A stretch of DNA of 64,000 nucleotides from Raja brachyura (taxonomy: Eukaryota), in assembly GCA_963514005.1 (NCBI GenBank), contig OY740783.1, positions 133,486,001 through 133,550,000 on the forward strand, written 5' to 3'. Position 1 is the first letter of the stretch. Every line of letters begins with the position of its first letter. The translations under genes and the position numbers were made by a program. A model generated the notes under the pieces. The model was not told the DNA's origin. It saw nothing but the letters and a program-made list of their open reading frames with translations, and ran no database searches. Shown here piece by piece: positions 60,565-64,000 of this stretch.

Positions 60565-61035
60565 ATCTAATGTTGCCTGGGTTCCAGCAACTAAATTACA
60601 GAGAAAGGTTGAACAAGTTAGGTCTTTATTCTTTGGAGTGCAGAAGGTTAAGGGGGGACTTGATTGAGGTCTTTAAAATGACTAAAAGGATAGACAGAGT
60701 TGACGTGGATAAGCTTTTCCCATTGAGGGTAGGGAAGATTCAAACAAGAGGGCATGACATGAGAATTAAGGGACAGAAGTTTAGGGGTAACATGAGGGGG
60801 AACTTCTTTACTCAGAGAGTGGTGGCTGTGTGGAATGAGCTTCCAGCAGAAGTGGTGGAGGCATGATCGATTTTAACATTTAAAAGTAAAGTGGATAGGC
60901 ATATGGACGGGAAGGGAATTGAGGGGTATGGTCTGAGTGCAGGTAGATGGGACTGGGGGAATATAAATGGTCGGCACGGACTGGAAGGGCCGAGAAGGCC
61001 TGTTTCCGTATTGTAATTGTTATATGTTTATATGA
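60565..61035 (+). mobile_element. CR1 3' fragment
   Basis: MLPGFQQLNYRERLNKLGLYSLE...WNELPAEVVEA; same subfamily as 29149-30573. Confidence 0.9.
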
Positions 61036-61049
61036 TTTAATCCTTTTCT

Positions 61050-61485
61050 CTCCGTGTACCATTCCAAATGTCTTTTAAATGTTATTCTACATGCCACAAC
61101 CTATTTCTCTGGCTGCGCATTCCATATATGCACCATCCTCTATGTGAAAAAGCTATCCCTCAGTTCCTTTTTTCCCCCACATTCCTGAAAGCAATGGTTT
61201 CAAATTTTCGATTCTTGCCTGGAGAAAAAGACATAATCTATTCCCCTCATGATTTTATACACCCCATATAAGATCACCCCTCCTTTGCTCCAAAGAATAA
61301 AAACGTAGTCTGCCCTAACTCTCCCTGTAGCTTAGGTCCTCGTCTGGACAACCACATTGTAAACGTTCTCTGCAATCTTTCCAGCTTAATGACATATTTC
61401 GTATAGCAAGGATGAGCAAAACTGAATCCAATATTCCAAGTGTGACCTCACCACCATCCCAGCCTCTACACTCAAATACTTGACT
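61050..61485 (-). mobile_element. Old CR1 3' fragment
   Basis: Decayed RFTM...LSYRE and VVRSHLEY-like motifs on the minus strand. Confidence 0.6.
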
Positions 61486-61526
61486 TTCAGGATACCGGTG
61501 TTGGCTGAGAAGCGCTAACCTTCCTT

Positions 61527-61786
61527 NNNNNNNNNNNNNNNNNNNNNNNNNNNNNNNNNNNNNNNNNNNNNNNNNNNNNNNNNNNNNNNNNNNNNNNNNN
61601 NNNNNNNNNNNNNNNNNNNNNNNNNNNNNNNNNNNNNNNNNNNNNNNNNNNNNNNNNNNNNNNNNNNNNNNNNNNNNNNNNNNNNNNNNNNNNNNNNNNN
61701 NNNNNNNNNNNNNNNNNNNNNNNNNNNNNNNNNNNNNNNNNNNNNNNNNNNNNNNNNNNNNNNNNNNNNNNNNNNNNNNNNNNNNN
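61527..61786. other. Assembly gap (N run)
   Basis: Ns. Confidence 1.
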
Positions 61787-62100
61787 CCCCCTAATCCTGA
61801 GACCCCTCCTCTCCATCCTGCACTGATCCCCATTCCCGCCTCTATTCAGTCCTCACTGATCCCCTGTGCTCCCCCCGCATCTATTCATCCTGCACTGATC
61901 TCCCTATCCACATTGCATTAATTCTCCTGCCACTCCCCATCAATCCTGCATTGGTCCCCCAATTAATCCTGTGCTGACCCCCCCTTCCCATCCATCCTGC
62001 ACTGCTCCTCTCCTTCATCCTACCCTGCCCTCCCATTCATCCTGCACAGATCCCCTCCCATTCAACCCCACTCTCATCCCCCGCGCTCTCCCCTCACAAT
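61787..62100. repeat. Degenerate C-rich minisatellite (ATCCTGCACTGATCCCC-like)
   Basis: Repeated ATCCTGCAC cores. Confidence 0.75.
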
Positions 62101-62721
62101 TTTACCTACTCCAACCACCACGCATTAAAAAAGAGACAATTTTAATATAGAGAGATTGAGCAGTTGTAATTTGTTGTAATTCTCAATCCTCTGACTAGTG
62201 AAATCCTCTGAAATATTTGTACAAACATTTTTATGAGGCGGGGGTTGTCTGGGTGGGTGGGTGGGGGGGAGGGGTGGCAAACGTCCTGCAGCCAAGGGAC
62301 GGCTTCAGGCGGGGGCTCTCGTGGGCTGATGAGGGAGGGGGTGGATTCAGGAGGGGGAGCATCCTATATCAAGCTGAGGGCAGCGTCTTGAGGTGGGAGA
62401 TGCCAGTGGGGGGGGGGGGGGTTGACCTAATCATGGCCTCCGGACTCACTCACTGCCTTGGGACTAACTCATGGTCTCTGGACAGACTCATTCACTCACA
62501 CATGGCCTCTGGACAGATACAGAGAGACTGAATCATGGCTTGTAGACTGACTGACTTATGCCCGACTTCTGGAGTCACGTCCGATTTATGTAAACTGAAA
62601 ACTAAACAGTTTTCGCATTAAGGAACAGCTTCTTCATGACAGCCATCAGGCTATTAAACATAACGAATAAGCTCTGAAGTACGAAATAATATATAATTTG
62701 TACTATTTGTTATTTGTTGAT

Positions 62722-63120
62722 TACACACACCCCTCCACCTCACACAGACACTGACACACAGACTCACACAAACACAAGTACACACAGACTATCAGACACA
62801 CACACACAGACACACACACATACTCTCATACACACACTCATAGAAACACACACATACACACACTCTCACACACACTCACAAACACACAGACAGACTCACT
62901 CACACGGACACACACACGGACAGACTCACTCACACAGACACACACTAACAGACACACACACAGACACACACATACACACAAACACTCACACACACAGACC
63001 ACACACACAGACTCACAACAGACTCACACTTGCACAGATTCACACAGACTCACACACACTCACATAGACACATACGCACACACACACACAAAGACACACA
63101 GACTCTCACACACACACATA
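62722..63120. repeat. Degenerate (CA)n microsatellite
   Basis: Direct reading. Confidence 0.95.
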
Positions 63121-64000
63121 TAGGGAGGTTGCACGGCAGTTGGGTCACGACCCGTGACCCGTGCTGTTGCTACGCTACGCCAACTGGAATACACGCGATG
63201 AACTGCAGGTAAGCACTTAGCATTGTTTCCATTTTTCCCCCGTTAAAACCCGCTGAAATGGTCAATTTTTGCGCTAAAAATAATTATGGAAATCGGGATA
63301 AGCGTGAGAGGCATTTATCCTACTTCCAAAAGTGAGGAGAAATTATGGTGGATAGAAGCGAGAGCTGAAGGGGCAACAACAGCCATAGTGCTTGGCGAGC
63401 ATTGGCCGTGCAGATATCGAGATTGAAAATATTGGGAATCATCGCGTTTGCTCACTGCATTTCATCAACAGTAAGGGATTATTTGTGTTTTTTCATGATT
63501 CATGAAATCATAATTCATGATTCATGATTCCTCTGGCATCGAAAACGTTTCAGAAGTGACAGATCTGGCTGTAAAATCTTAAAACCGCCCATGGTTCTCG
63601 TGGGTTTTTACATAAAAAAGAAAACGCCTCTGAAGCAAAATGTATCATTCAAAAAATTGCAAACCATACATGGGTTTTCAATTACATTTTACTCAGATGC
63701 AAGCCAAAGAATGGCATAATTGTTAGCTGTTAATTGTACATAATCAACCTCAGTAAATTGACAATATCCTATTGAAAGGTAGTGGGTGTTTAAGCTGTCA
63801 GGACATTTTATTATTTGCCAAAATATACATCTCGATAGTATAATGATAGAAAACTTACTTCTCCACACGCCACTCGTAAGTATGGAGATTTTTTTTTCAT
63901 TATAAATAATAAATTATAAAGCGTTTTCGTTTTGTATGTAAAAACCCACTTCAGAACCATGGGCGATTTTTAACTTTTACAGCCAGATTTACCACTTCTG
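63121..64000. mobile_element. Probable long-inverted-repeat non-autonomous DNA element running off the window
   Basis: 63551-63627 is an imperfect inverted copy of 63921-64000, with an AT-rich spacer; the match continues to the last base of the window. Confidence 0.55.

Overview
Repeat-dense vertebrate genomic DNA, probably a cartilaginous fish such as a skate or ray (inferred from the HE1/V-SINE-like SINEs, HER1/CR1-type LINEs and the GPR139-like receptor). One apparently intact host gene is present: a two-exon GPR139-like class A GPCR on the minus strand (53207-55052). There is also a decayed Ig V-set exon (3157-3452). The rest is nested mobile DNA: many CR1 LINEs (one near-intact full-length copy and a near-identical inverted truncated sister), three DIRS tyrosine-recombinase retrotransposons (one with complete termini and ICR), a Hero-type RLE non-LTR element, RTE, Rex/Babar and Penelope fragments (some with hammerhead-like cores), two hAT-type non-autonomous elements and a fold-back element. 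A 6938-bp tandem duplication (about 7584-21459) carries an ERV remnant. Strongest leads: (i) an Ig-like domain at the env position of that ERV; (ii) a conserved 18-nt copy of the circle junction inside the 3' region of two DIRS elements; (iii) the identity gradient across the tandem duplication. There are two assembly gaps. All comparisons were made by eye; no database searches were run.
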